Shown piece after piece: positions 24,143 through 36,161 of a DNA stretch of 64,000 bases. Source of the DNA: Massalongia carnosa. Its lineage: Eukaryota. Position 1 is the first letter of the stretch, and each line of letters begins with the position of its first letter. Below the pieces are notes generated by a model. The model searched no databases. It was given only the letters and a program-made list of their open reading frames with translations, and was not told the origin of the DNA. Location of the stretch: the NCBI GenBank assembly GCA_965645245.1, contig OZ287073.1, forward strand, positions 2,170,001-2,234,000, in the 5' to 3' direction. Both the position numbers and the translations under genes were made by a program.

Positions 24143-27100
24143 ATGTCTGGAAAAGAGAGCGATTCCGCAGCTCCCGCGAAAGAGGGCACAACCCCTGATG
24201 GATCATATTCAAAAGCCATTCGAAAAGGAGACTATAAAGTAGAGCCGAAGCTTGGGTCCAACAACTATCTGACCTGGGCCGATGACATGCAACTTCTTCT
24301 CAAATCTAAAAGGATGTGGAGGATAGTAAACGGGGCCATTTCTTCTCCAGACCCTGTCACCCATCCAAAAGACTATGAGGAATGGTTTACTGATGACACT
24401 CAGGCACAGCTCTGGATCAGGGGCAATATAGAAAAGTCTCAATATGTCACTGTTAGGAACAAGGAGACCGCAAAGGATGTTTGGGCAGCATTGAGGAACG
24501 TCCATGGAGTCAAAGCCAAAAGCAGAATATGTGTGCTTCACAGAAAATTCTATACATATGAAATGTCAGTCGATCAACCCATCGATGAGGTCGCCAATGA
24601 ATTGCAGAACCTTGCGATGGAAATCGCAGATATAAAGACTTCAGAACAGCCATCAGATCTGTCTGTGGCCATGACCCTCATGAACGCCATTAAGGACCCA
24701 GCTTATGACACCGCGAAGTTCATCCTTGAAGACCTTGGTGATCCCACATTAGAAAAGACTCTGGAAAGCCTAAAACGGGTGGAGCAACGACTAAAAGATG
24801 GGCAAGAGACCGAGACGGCCAATAAGGCCATTAACAAGGGTAAGGCAATCCCCAAATGCTCACATTGCCCAAAGAGGCATAATAGCAATGATTGCTGGGA
24901 CTGGCAGGACAACACAGATGAAGGTAAAAAATGGGTCAAAGAACACCCTAATGAGGTGAAACCTAGACCAGAAAATAACCGAAAATCAAAGAGTGATAAC
25001 AAGCAGTCCAAAAACAAACCGAGAGGAAGGGGGGCAGCACGAGCAGCAAAGGATGAATCGAATAGTGATAGTGAGAATAGTGCGTGGATGGCGCAAGATG
25101 ATCAACACTCACCTGGATGGGTAATCGACTCAGGAGCCTCCAGGCATATGACATACAACAAATCGATCTTCACCCAAATCAAGCCATACCGGACCACCAT
25201 TAGAATTGCAAACGGCGAAAAACTCTTCTCCGTAGGAGTAGGTACGATTTGCACCAATATCGATGGGAAAAATATCCGGATGACAAACGTTCTATTCGTG
25301 CCTGAACTAGACGTCAACTTGCTATCAATTGCAGCCCTTAATCGGAAGGGTTTGAACGTTTCATTTAACCGGAGAGGTGTCGAGATTTTCAGGGATGGTA
25401 CTTTGGTCGCTACCGGAATTCTTAGGGGACGGGCGTACTTCCTCCACACATCTCATGTGGCCCTCGAAGCCCATGATGAAAATGATGATTTAGATGGCCC
25501 CGAACTACCGGCAAACCTTAAATCAACCACATATCTGACCTCGCTTTCCTCCGGCGAAATTCAACCCAAAACTCCTCCTCCTATTACCCCTGACTGCATC
25601 GATAGCGATCCAGTGGGAGCATCCAAAGAGACCACCAATGAGGCCACCAATGAGGCCCAATATTGGTTATGGCACACACGATTGGGGCACCCCAATGATA
25701 TACGACTTCAACAAGCAACAGGGAAGAAATTTTCAAAGGCAATTCTGGACCTACCGTGCCAGATTTGCAATTTAACTAAGATGACCCGTACAATCAGCAA
25801 AATTCCTTTCTCGAAGGCAAATAGACCACTCGATAGAATACATACTGACGTTTGGGGTCCATATAAGAAGGCCAGTTTAGGTGGGCATACCTATTTCGTT
25901 TCTTTGATAGACGACTATACCCGAAAATCTTGGCTCTTCTGTGTGAAAAGTAGGGCAGACATATACCGCATCATAAAAGACTGGAAGGCAATGGTCGAGT
26001 TGGAAAAGGGGCTCAAAATCATTCGCTTTCGTGCTGATAATGCCAAAGAGTATAAATATCTCGCAGAGCAACTTCAGCCATTAGGAATTCGTATGGAGCC
26101 AACCACCGCATACACGCCCCAGCAGAACGGTGTCGCCGAAAGATTCAATAGAACCATTGTTCAAATGGTAAGGTCTATGTTGGTATGGGCCAAATTGCCA
26201 CAATCTTTCTGGGGGGAAGCAGCAGTAGCAGCAAACCACCTCAGAAACTTCTTACCTACCACCAACACCACGTCGCCTAATGAGTCTTGGACCGGGCTAA
26301 GACCTAACATCAACACTCTTCGTACGTTCGGATGCGTCTCTTTTGTGCATGTCCCAAAGGAAAAACGCTCCAAACTAGATAATGTGTCATATCAGGCAAT
26401 ATTCACCGGATATCATTCAAGCAATCAATATAGGTTATACAATGTGGAAACAAAAAAGGTGGAAATTCAGACTTCAATAAAGTTTGATGAAAAAAGACCG
26501 GGGGGATCCTTACTTACAAAAGGCCTATCATCCCCGTCCGTCGTCCTAAATGACGATGACTCTTCCGATGACAATGAATCGTCACCACCAACCAACCACC
26601 CTACTACTGATCAAGTGGGAGTTCCTACTAATGGTGATCAGCACCAGGGCGATGGTATTCAGCATCAGGATGATGATGCAGGTGCTCAGGATAATCTGCA
26701 CCAAGATGATGCAGGTGCCCAGCACCAAAACAACCAAACTCAGGAGACAAATAGGACCCCTTCTTCATCACCTACCAGACGTTCCAACCGCAGGAAAGAT
26801 GTGTATAACCGATACGAATTCGATAACTCTTATGGAAACAAAAAGGACCGGGACCGGGCAAATATAGCAAAACAACCATCCAAAGTGTACGAGCCGCAGT
26901 CATATAATCAGGCCATGCAATGCACTGACCATCGCAAATGGAAAATTGCTATTCAAGACGAATTAAATGCTCTCGCCGCCAATAATACATGGAAATATGT
27001 TGAAAGACCAGCAGATAAGAACATCATCACCGCTAGATGGGTCTTCAAAGTGAAATACACCCCTACTAACCATGTTGACCGCTATAAAGCACGATTAGTA

Positions 27101-28428
27101 GCAAGGGGCTTCAAACAAATCCCCGGGACAGACTATGGGGACACGTTTTCACCCACCCTAAGGTATGAATCCTTACGAATGCTCCTATATTTCGCATGTA
27201 AATATAACTTCCATATTGAGCAAATGGACGCACCAAACGCATACTTGCAAAGCTCCCTAGATGACGAAATCTATATGGAGCCTCCCCAAGGCTTGGTGCT
27301 TCCCCCACATCTGACGAACCATGTGTTGCGCGTTCTGAAAGGACTCTATGGTCTCAAACAATCTGGCCGAGGATGGAATAAAAAGATAACCAATTATCTA
27401 ACATCCATTGGTTTCAAAGCGCTCTCAGGAGACAATTGTGTGTTCGTTAATCACACTACCCACGTTATCATTAGCCTTTATGTTGATGATTTTCTGATAT
27501 TTTCCAAAAGCATGACAGCCATAAAGGAGCTCAAAAGTCTACTAATAAAGGAATATAATATGAAAGACTTAGGGCCAGCAAAGTTCATCTTAGGGATTCG
27601 CATACGTCGCGAGAAAGACAAAATAATGATTGACCAATCATCTTACATTCGCAGCTTCCTGCAGAAATATAAGATGGATAAAGCAAATTCAGTCCTTACC
27701 CCTATGATCAACTATGATGCATGCAGTCCTGCCATCGTCAACGAACCTAGGACAAACCAATTAGAATATCAAGAACGGATAGGGAGTTTGATGTTTTTGA
27801 TGATCAACACGCGACCAGACATTGCCCAAGCAGTTGGAAAGCTTAGTCAATATACGCACGATCCAGCAATTAGGCACCGAAACGCGGTAGACCATCTCAT
27901 GAAATATCTGAATGGGACCACGAATTTGGCACTTACCTACGAACCCAATGACACCGGACCCACTAGTTATGCTGATGCAGCGTATGGTGATAACCATGAT
28001 AGAAAATCATCATATGGCCACGTTCTGATGCTAGGAAACGGGGCAGTTATATGGGCCAGTAAGAGGCAACGGTCAGTCGTCACATCCACCATGGAAGCAG
28101 AGTATTCTTCCATGTGCCAGGCTTCAAAAGATATAGTGTGGGCAACTAGATGGTTCGGAGAGTTGAACTCTCCAAAGATATGAACCTACCAATTATCCTA
28201 AATGGCGACAACCAGGGTACGCTCGATTTGATAAAAAACCCTGAGCACCATAGTCGGTCCAAACATATGGATATTCAGCTTCATTATCTTCGGGAGGTCG
28301 TTGAAGACAACTATGCCACTATACAGCACGTATCCACTCACGATATGGTGGCAGATATCTTCACTTAACCACTGGCGGCACCTATCTTTCGAAAGTTGCG
28401 CGAGAAATTAGGCCTAAGAGAGGCATAG
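24143..28428 (+). pseudogene. Copia gag-pol polyprotein, open for 1346 aa, then a frameshift and stop in RNase H
   Basis: WVIDSGASRHM, WHTRLGH, HTDVWGP, RYKARLVARGF, LYVDDFL, YADAAY. Frameshift near 28170 and TAA at 28366 in ADIFT*PL. Confidence 0.92.
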
Positions 28429-28546
28429 GAAGATGGAGGACGCTTCATCATAAGGCCACCTAAATTGACCACATAGGCCACACAAAATCAGATTGGAAAC
28501 CGGCGTTTAGGATATTATTACTCACCTGGCAACTTTGCAGTGGGAG

Positions 28547-28886
28547 TGTTGTAATGTGCAAAGTCACCCGGCTGATGCCTAGTAAAGTGTTCAGAGTCAC
28601 ATAGTACCGCATTGGGATTAGTGCGTTGGTAAGAACATTAGGCAACACATAACGACCTCGAGAAGCACCGCAAAAACTTCTATGAACATTCCCATCGAGT
28701 CATAAATTGGATATGAGTCAATCACCAATCTTAGATTTCTAGGAAGCAGGAAGGTGAGTCATAGGGAGAACGGTTTTCGGCATGTTTTTCTATCTATATA
28801 AACACGGTCCTTAGATAGGTAGATAGAAAGATCAATCGTTTCAAAAGTGAGCTTTTTACTATGCCAGCAGAGCTTCAATTACAATA
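28547..28886 (+). repeat. 3' LTR (TG...TA ends)
   Basis: Direct repeat of 23681-24020, followed by TSD AGTAT. Confidence 0.95.
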
Positions 28887-29157
28887 AGTATTAAGCGCAT
28901 CGTTGATCTGACGGGATGCTATGCTTTTTCTGACCTCATCCATTGCCTTCCGCATGGCTACAGCGCGTTGAGTAATTGTCGGAGTGGTATCTGACTCCAC
29001 CATTCTTGGGTACGCTCCGAATACCAATAGAGTGGGCACTAGTCCATTCGGACCGACCGAGTCATTGATTGCCTTGAATGCCATCTGCAGGGCCAGCGCA
29101 GGGTCGATCCCGGGAATTTCAGAAGTGATTATATTGTATACCCGATGTAGTGGTCTA

Positions 29158-29276
29158 TGTTGGAATACTCGCTTAGCCCCATTAGTTCTAGCTCAGCCCT
29201 GCAGGCTGCCATGACTGCTATAAGCAGTCACCTCCGTAGTAATTTCAACATTATGCCGTCAACTGTTTATTTAACA
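29158..29276. mobile_element. Solo LTR (119 bp)
   Basis: TGTTGG...TTAACA with GTCTA TSD. Removal restores integrase VERYHR/PLHRVY. Confidence 0.88.
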
Positions 29277-30631
29277 GTCTATGGTACCGTTCAACCATTC
29301 CAATGGAATGATGAGCTTCCACTGGAACATTCTTTATGACAATTCCCATATTTGCCGCGTATTGCTTAAATTCCCGAGATGTAAATTGCTTCCCTGCATC
29401 GGAGGAGATGATATCTGGTGGGCCGAGATAGGTATCGATCCAGCAGGTCCGCAGCTGGTCCCAAACATGCCGGGCAGAGATGTCTTTTAACCATCGTCCC
29501 GCCTGAAACCGAGTAGCTTCATCGACTAGATGTAGAACCGGTTTGCCTTGTATGTAAAGAATGTCCACTATGACGTTGAAATTGAAGTTGATATCGTCTT
29601 CCTTAATGTTGAAGTTGAATCGGCCACGCGATTTTCCATACTTTTGGCAATGCTCGCAATATTTGGTCAAATGCTGCAATGCCTGCATTTCCACCTCATG
29701 TCCGCACCGCCCCAGAATCTGATGTAGGCGGCGTACTGATGGATGTCCGAAGCGGCGGTGCAGGCGACGTAATTCTATTTCGGTCAGAAAGCAAGGATTC
29801 TGGCTGAGAGACTCGGTGATGACCGAGTAAGCAGATGTACGCCATAGAAGAAATGCGTGACCGTACCGCCGAATGACTGGATGAGAACGACCGGTGCCGG
29901 GCCCGATTTGGACAACTTGGTTAATGGTATTGTTGAAAAATGCTCCCAACCGGTCCATGTCTGCCAGACATAGTAGGAACGGTGTATTAACTTTCACTAT
30001 GTAGAATGTAATTGGTCCCATGGGTGTCTTCAATAGTACCGTCCCTATGGATGCGGTGCTTCCAATTCTAAATGTAAAACTGGCTGACCCGGCAGTGCTG
30101 ACGTCAAATTTTATCGAGTCGTCAATTTTCTGCAGAGCTTTTAACTGGCCGATGCTACCCGTGGATCTGGTGGCGGCCCCCGAGTCTATCAATAGTCCCT
30201 TGAATTCTGATTCATCGTATCGGGAATTAGATGACGTGGTGAACGTGTAGGGAATCGGAGCGATGGAAGTGATCGTTTCATCTGTCGATGTAATTCGGTG
30301 TTTAAAAGAATTGTCGGCTAGTAAGTTGGTCGTCTGTTCGGACTCGGGAATTTTGATTCGACCAATGGAGGTGAGGAATAGCTCATTCTCCGCTGCCTCG
30401 GACGCAGGCATGGGGTCATTGATAGCATCAATTGATAGATTGTCGAAAAAGTAGGCTACATCATTTTCATCTTCATCGCCCTCACAGTGAGCGATGTATT
30501 GCTGAAGATACTGATCGTATCCCGAACGATTCTTGTATTGAGGAAAGCGATTAGCGAATCGCTTTTTGGAATCATCCCGTTCTTGCTGAGTATGATTACT
30601 AGACCAACATCCTTCTTTTCCGCATACGAAG

Positions 30632-31659
30632 TGTAATGGGCTACGAGACCAGTAAGCTTATCACGAGCGACACTGATCTCGAAAGGGGAAATGCTCAGCG
30701 TGAGAAGAGGAAGATAGCTACTACGTGCTAGTCTCCGAGAGTATATGTGATCCAAAGCTAAAGGTAGTGGAATTGCTTAGACCAAGAGATCTCGTCCGAG
30801 ACCCAAACGTAGGTTGTTCATAGAATAAAGACTAATTGCTAACGAATACTACAAGATTCGTTCTGATATTTATCCTACTCACCCCAAGCCTATAGCCTTG
30901 GGAGCCTTGGAACCTTAGGAGCCTTGCAAGCCTTGGGAGTCTTGCGAGCATTACAGCCTTGCAATCCACATCCGACTTTATCGCATTACATCCAACCATC
31001 CCTCAGGATCCATCCACGAACTCGGCGTTCGCTGGATCATCTAGTCAGCCTCGAGCAGCCTTCTAGACCTTCCCTTGCAAGGTAGAACAATTCTACCCCC
31101 GGCTAGATCCCTCACTACATGCCTCAGGCTATGTAGCTTCATTTCGCCGTCACCACTACCTAGTGATGGAAGGTTACCTCCGACTGAATACCTCGCTACA
31201 CTGCGGACCTGCCTCTAGACACAAGGTCTAGACAACGAGGTCATGTAGGTTCATTCAGCCGACATCACTACCAACGTAGTAATAAAGGTTGAAGCTGAAG
31301 TTTACACCGGGGAGCCTAGCTCAAGCTGCGTCCAGCGAGCCGTGCCTCCTGCTACCTCTCTTGAACCATCAAGAGATCCAGTAGCTCCGAGTAGGCCAGT
31401 AGATCCCATATAGAGTTCCTTGGCGTCTCCACAGGAGTCCGCCTTACACTCCATGGCAATCTACCACCACGGCCTCGACAGGTGTTTGATCTGTAAGTAG
31501 TCAAGAACGTGATAACAATAACTCCGAAGTTTCGGGGCAAGATGGCAGTGTGTCAGCCTCGACGGCTTATGCGACTTCGTACTACGGCATGGTCTACGCT
31601 AGTTAATCCCGCAACCGCCATAGGCGATTACGTATCCCTCTAGCGCCATCCGTATTACA
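30632..31659. mobile_element. 1028-bp solo LTR-like element, copy 2
   Basis: TGTAAT...ATTACA with CGAAG TSD. Homologous to 18785-19811. Confidence 0.92.
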
Positions 31660-33591
31660 CGAAGCATTTCTTCCGACGCGAGAACCCTCGTGATGACGGG
31701 ACTCCGAACTGTCGGGATGGTGTAGGTCCGCCTGAGAGGTAGGGTTTGAACCCATCTCTGCCTCGACCGGGTCCTCGGTACCGTCGGTCGGTGAAGTATG
31801 CCTCCGCCTCGTCATCCCCCTCGTTGTAAGATTGCACGTATCCACTCATTGAAGTGGGTTTGTGCACCGCCTCGTAATTGATAATTGATGCGTATAGATT
31901 ATTGACCAGACCGGAGGTGTCTGAGACAGGATTGGTGAGTCCGGCGGCGAGCGCGGGATGCCCGCGGCAGGCCCGTATGATGTTTTCTCGGAGGTGTACT
32001 GGTCCATGGTATGCGGAATCGATGCCTTGTTGAATAGTGTCGATCTCGGTACACATCTTCCGGAGGCATTCGGTAGTATTCAAGGTGGGGTTTGCCGCAA
32101 TTGTATCGTTTAGGCTGACTGTTTGCCATTTAGCCAAATTCAAACGTTGCCATTCGGGACCTTCAAAAAAGAGTTGCATCTTCCGACAGAATTCTTCAAA
32201 TGAGGCAGCATCCCCCCGATTTGCATAGTAGTAATTTTGAGCCTGTCCAGAAAGCATGATCGAGGCTCCCTGAATGTAGGCCTCTGGCGGCAATCCGACC
32301 AGTCTGCATTTGTCATAGTAGATGGTTAGTTTAAAAGAGAAATTGTCTCCGGTACCGCTAAATTTGTCTTCGGACTTGTAGATTTTGTCTAACTGAGTCA
32401 ATTCTTTGGAATACTGAGTTCCTGAGGTCGGACTGGAATAGTGAGACTGATGGCCAGGAGTCGGATTGGGATATTGACTTGGTCCAGGTGTTGGTCCTGG
32501 GGCCCATGTAGGTGCCGGTGGCTCGTAATAGGCAGTCTCGTAAGGTTTCGGCATTTGCCGCTGCGGGGCGTATGAAGGCTCGGAATGCCGAGAGACGTTG
32601 TAGGGTGTCGGTCGATCTTGATAGATCGGATTTCCCGTTGCAGGTGATAAACGAGGCTGTCTGATTGGTCGAGCCATAGATTGGTTTTGCCGTATCGGGG
32701 CAGCAGGGGAAAAATGAAGCTGCCCTATTGGTTGACCCAGGGGTTGATTTTCGGTAGGTGGGAGTAGCGGTGCTCCTGTATGTGCTATCGATGGACTTGG
32801 AGGTGCAGATGCAGAGGCATCACTAATTCTACCTAGCAGATGATTTTTACGACTCTGGATATACCTTGACAAACGATTATAGTTCTTCTCCACGTACAAA
32901 ATTCTCTCTATGTCCCATTCTCCATCGTAGTCATCTTGGACGACTTTTATCATGATTTTGGCTCTACTTCCCTTCTTGCCAAAGTTATCGATCCAAACTC
33001 CGCGGGGTAGGCAACAGTCCTTGATGAGAGCCCAGGTAACGGTGTCCAGTGACTTCCAATGTTTTTCCTCCCAATTCTGGAAGTCGTAGTATATGGCTTC
33101 CTAAAGACGAAAATCTTACATGTTGGCTTTGATGTACTCGTTAAATGCGCTGGTGGTGTATTTACGAAAGAGTGTCATGTCGGCGATGGCCGCGGTGGGA
33201 TCGAGATTCATGGTGCTGATTCCTTCAAGAAAACTGGATTCCTCGTGAGATGGGTCTGGTTGGTTCGACATTTTTGGATGATTTCTGATTTGCCGACTAG
33301 ATGAAAAAGTTTCTGATCTGAGGGCAAGGTGAGAGAAGGTTTCTAGAAGTTGATTCCGAAGGTGGTTTCTGATCTGAATTCGAAAACTGATCAGTGTGGG
33401 TCCACCTACCTGCACCTGGCGTAATACGATTACTACGTCTTGGTGCTTGGTTTGGTGGATGATAAATGGATTCTATCTGGGAAGGGCTACTACAGTGAAC
33501 CCTGGCTATAACGAATCGATGATTCCATGAAAAAAATTCGTTATAACCAGTTTTCGTTATAACCTTAATTTCTACGAAAACATCTCATTTT

Positions 33592-35585
33592 CTACCTAAA
33601 ATAGCTGGTAATGGTCATCTGCTTCCTAGTATTGATTTCCCCATTTAGCATAACCTGCTCCGAAGCATTCAAACGTTGAATCAGATCGATGTCGCCATCT
33701 TCCTGTTGCTCATGAAATGTACGTAGTATTCTCAAAGCTTGAATAGCTTCAGAGTATTTCACTGTAGGTTTGACGATCTCATCTTCAACCGATTCTTCAA
33801 TTTGACCCTCGGCGTATTCATCCACAATAGTATCAAGAATGTCATCATCATCATCCTCAATGATTTCTTCCGCGGGATTGAGACATCGTTCAATACTTAT
33901 GACGTCTTGAATGCGATCATTCTTCTTCAACTGCTGCAATGTAGTGCTCATCTCTTTTACTAGTTGATTGTAGTCTTCCGTCTCTTGATCAACTGCCTTC
34001 GACCAACCCTTTTCTTTCGTCCAGCCCATTTTCTTCGCTTGCAATTGCGTAGTAGGTCCGTAATTTGCTGAGAATACCAAAGACTTAATCCAGCAGTTGA
34101 CGATAGTAGCGGGTTTGACGTTATACTCCCAAGCAGTCATTGACCAACGGATAGCTTGCAAAATATGCATGTTCTTAAAAGGATCTTTGTCCGCATCATA
34201 CTGATCACATAAAAAGGCTAGCCTTATTCGCTTGTAGTGAGCCTTAAACGTCTTGATGATGCCTTGATCCAATGGTTGACAGATGCTTGTAGCATTGGCA
34301 GGAAGAAATATCACTTTAACGTTTGATTCAGGATTTGATTCTGAATACTGACGATAGCCAGCAACATGAGCTGAAAATCCATCGACTACCAAGACTACTT
34401 TGCGATTTGTTTGACGACTAAATCATTGCAAATACTCTTGAAATAATACTCCCGTCATCCATGCCTTTCTATTGCTTCGCCATAGCATATTCAGGTTGCT
34501 AACGTTGATCCCCTCACGCGTAAAACAGCGAGGTGTTTTTGCCGTACCAATGAACAAAAGTGGAAGTTTATGAGTGCCCGTTGCATTAACGCAAAAATTA
34601 ACGGTTATTCTAGCTTTCTCAAGCTTCAATCCAGCAGATGAAGCTGTAGCCAACGTTCCATTCGGATTCATCTTCCAATACAAGGCAGTCTCATCCATGT
34701 TGTATACATCGTCTTGATCGTACGGAGCCAACTTAATTCTCAAGTCCCTCAATTCTTCTTCCACTGTCTCCTTGTCAACTGATGCCGCTTCTCTATTTCG
34801 AATACGAAATGAGATGGAATGACGAGCTTTAAAAGCATCTAGCCAACCGTTAGAAAATTTGGGCATTTCTTCATGAGAGTATTGAGAAAGTCTTGTCCAG
34901 ATTTTCTTTGCCATCTCCTTCAATAACTCTCCCGTCACAGTCGCCTGCTTTGTCTGCATTCGTTGTTGCCATTCGAAAAGAGCCGCTTCAAGATCCGGCC
35001 AAAAAGAAGCTGTCGATATTAATAGACCGTGGTTCAAGCCAATTCCCGAAGTAAGATCCTGTTGAATTTAAAGCACGTGATTTCGGACTAATAACCGAGG
35101 CCTCGATCTTTCAGATGCTATTTCTTTCTATGCCATATATCTGATTTCTAATACTCAATGATTTCAAAACATTGTACCTCGCATGGGTTCCGGATCACTA
35201 ATGATCTATTAGTAAATAGAAGTGGCTGGAAGATATCTAGATTATGAAAGAATGTGGCGAAATGGTCTATATAGCTAGCTAGAATTTCCAGTTTAGATAG
35301 ACAAGGAGAACATCATTTTCCAGATCAATAAGAACGGTCCGACAGAAGCTTTCAATCTTTTGATATCAGGTTGAAATGTCTCCTTCTCATTAAACGATCG
35401 TATTTTCGAGAAAGAATATCCGATATTGTAGATTCCGAAGGTGTATGACCGAATTCAGCTTCAAACCAGACTTGATGAGCTTTGCCGAAAGGTCTTTTAA
35501 CGAAATTATTCTGAACATACTGACGAAGCGCGTGTTTTTCTGCATCTGTGATAGGTCGACGACGTTTTTTGGAGGAAGAATTCAT
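33592..35585 (-). pseudogene. Tigger/CENP-B-like transposase, disrupted
   Basis: WPDLEAALFEW, FSNGWLDAFK, YNMDETAL, KAWMT, VDGFSAH, CQPLDQGII. Stop at 34423 and a solo-LTR insertion. Confidence 0.9.
35011..35344. mobile_element. Solo LTR (334 bp)
   Basis: TGTCG...CGACA with GAAGC TSD. Confidence 0.9.
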
Positions 35586-36161
35586 GTTGAGTTGTTGGTT
35601 ATTAAAAGGATATGTTATCTATCGATAGGATGCGTAGCATGTAGTACTACGTATCAAGAATTTTTATCAGCTAATCCTAAAAGGGTAATTGCCGAGGTCT
35701 AGTTATAGCGAATCACTAAGAAACTTTCTAAAATTGCTTACGAATTCGCAATAGGCCGACATTCGTTATTTTACATACAAGAATCGCTCATCCATGAAAA
35801 AAATTCGTTATAAGCCGAATTCGTTGGAAAAAGGTTCGTTTTAACCAGGGTTCACTGTATCTATAGTGGGCGAACACGTGATAAGCACGTGCCCGCTTGT
35901 TCTAGCCCTTCCGATCTATTCCATTCTAGCCTTATCTGGCTAGTCCCCTTCCTTCTAGAGTCCCTCTAGAATCCCCTTCTGGAATCCCCCTTTTGGTACC
36001 TACAGTTGTCTTTATTATGTATATGTGTAAATATATGTGCATATTTGATAATATTTCACATGTCAAGTAACTAGAGAAACAGAGAAACATTATATCTTAA
36101 GCTCTCAACATGAGACAATGCGTTATCCTCTAAACCCAGGCGTATAATAAATAAATCACGT

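Larger units (their letters stand above)
23681..28886 (+). mobile_element. Young Ty1/Copia retrotransposon
   Basis: Apparently identical 340-bp LTRs, AGTAT TSD, GGTTATGAGCCC PBS at 24021 and short polypurine tract GTGGGAG before the 3' LTR. Confidence 0.97.
28892..33271 (-). pseudogene. GalEa-like Copia gag-protease-integrase portion
   Basis: ORF pieces 33271-33116, 32953-31665, 30626-29282 and 29152-28892. The zinc knuckle KKCFV/CGKEGC is rejoined when 30632-31659 is removed. Confidence 0.85.
33493..35857 (-). mobile_element. Tigger/pogo-like (CENP-B type) DNA transposon inserted in the GalEa LTR
   Basis: TIR CAGTGAACCCTGG with TA TSD. Excision restores the LTR sequence seen at 21373-21615. 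Confidence 0.93.
21373..36004 (-). mobile_element. Copia retrotransposon (GalEa-like), degenerate host of four direct insertions
   Basis: LTRs at 21373-21615 and 33395-36004 (the latter split by a Tigger-like element). gag from 33271, protease LIDSGAA, integrase (LHRRFGH..CEHC, SDAG, VERYH), RT with QTDD, RNase H NPADSMTK. CTGATCAG lies next to the 5' LTR. No clear TSD. Confidence 0.9.

Noticed and set aside
18785..31659. The two 1-kb repeats as paired LTRs of one 13-kb element
   Set aside because: Each has its own distinct TSD (CCTTC, CGAAG) and interrupts a different host element.
21368..36009. TSD for the GalEa-like element
   Set aside because: Flanks GTATA and GTTGT do not match, so no TSD is claimed.
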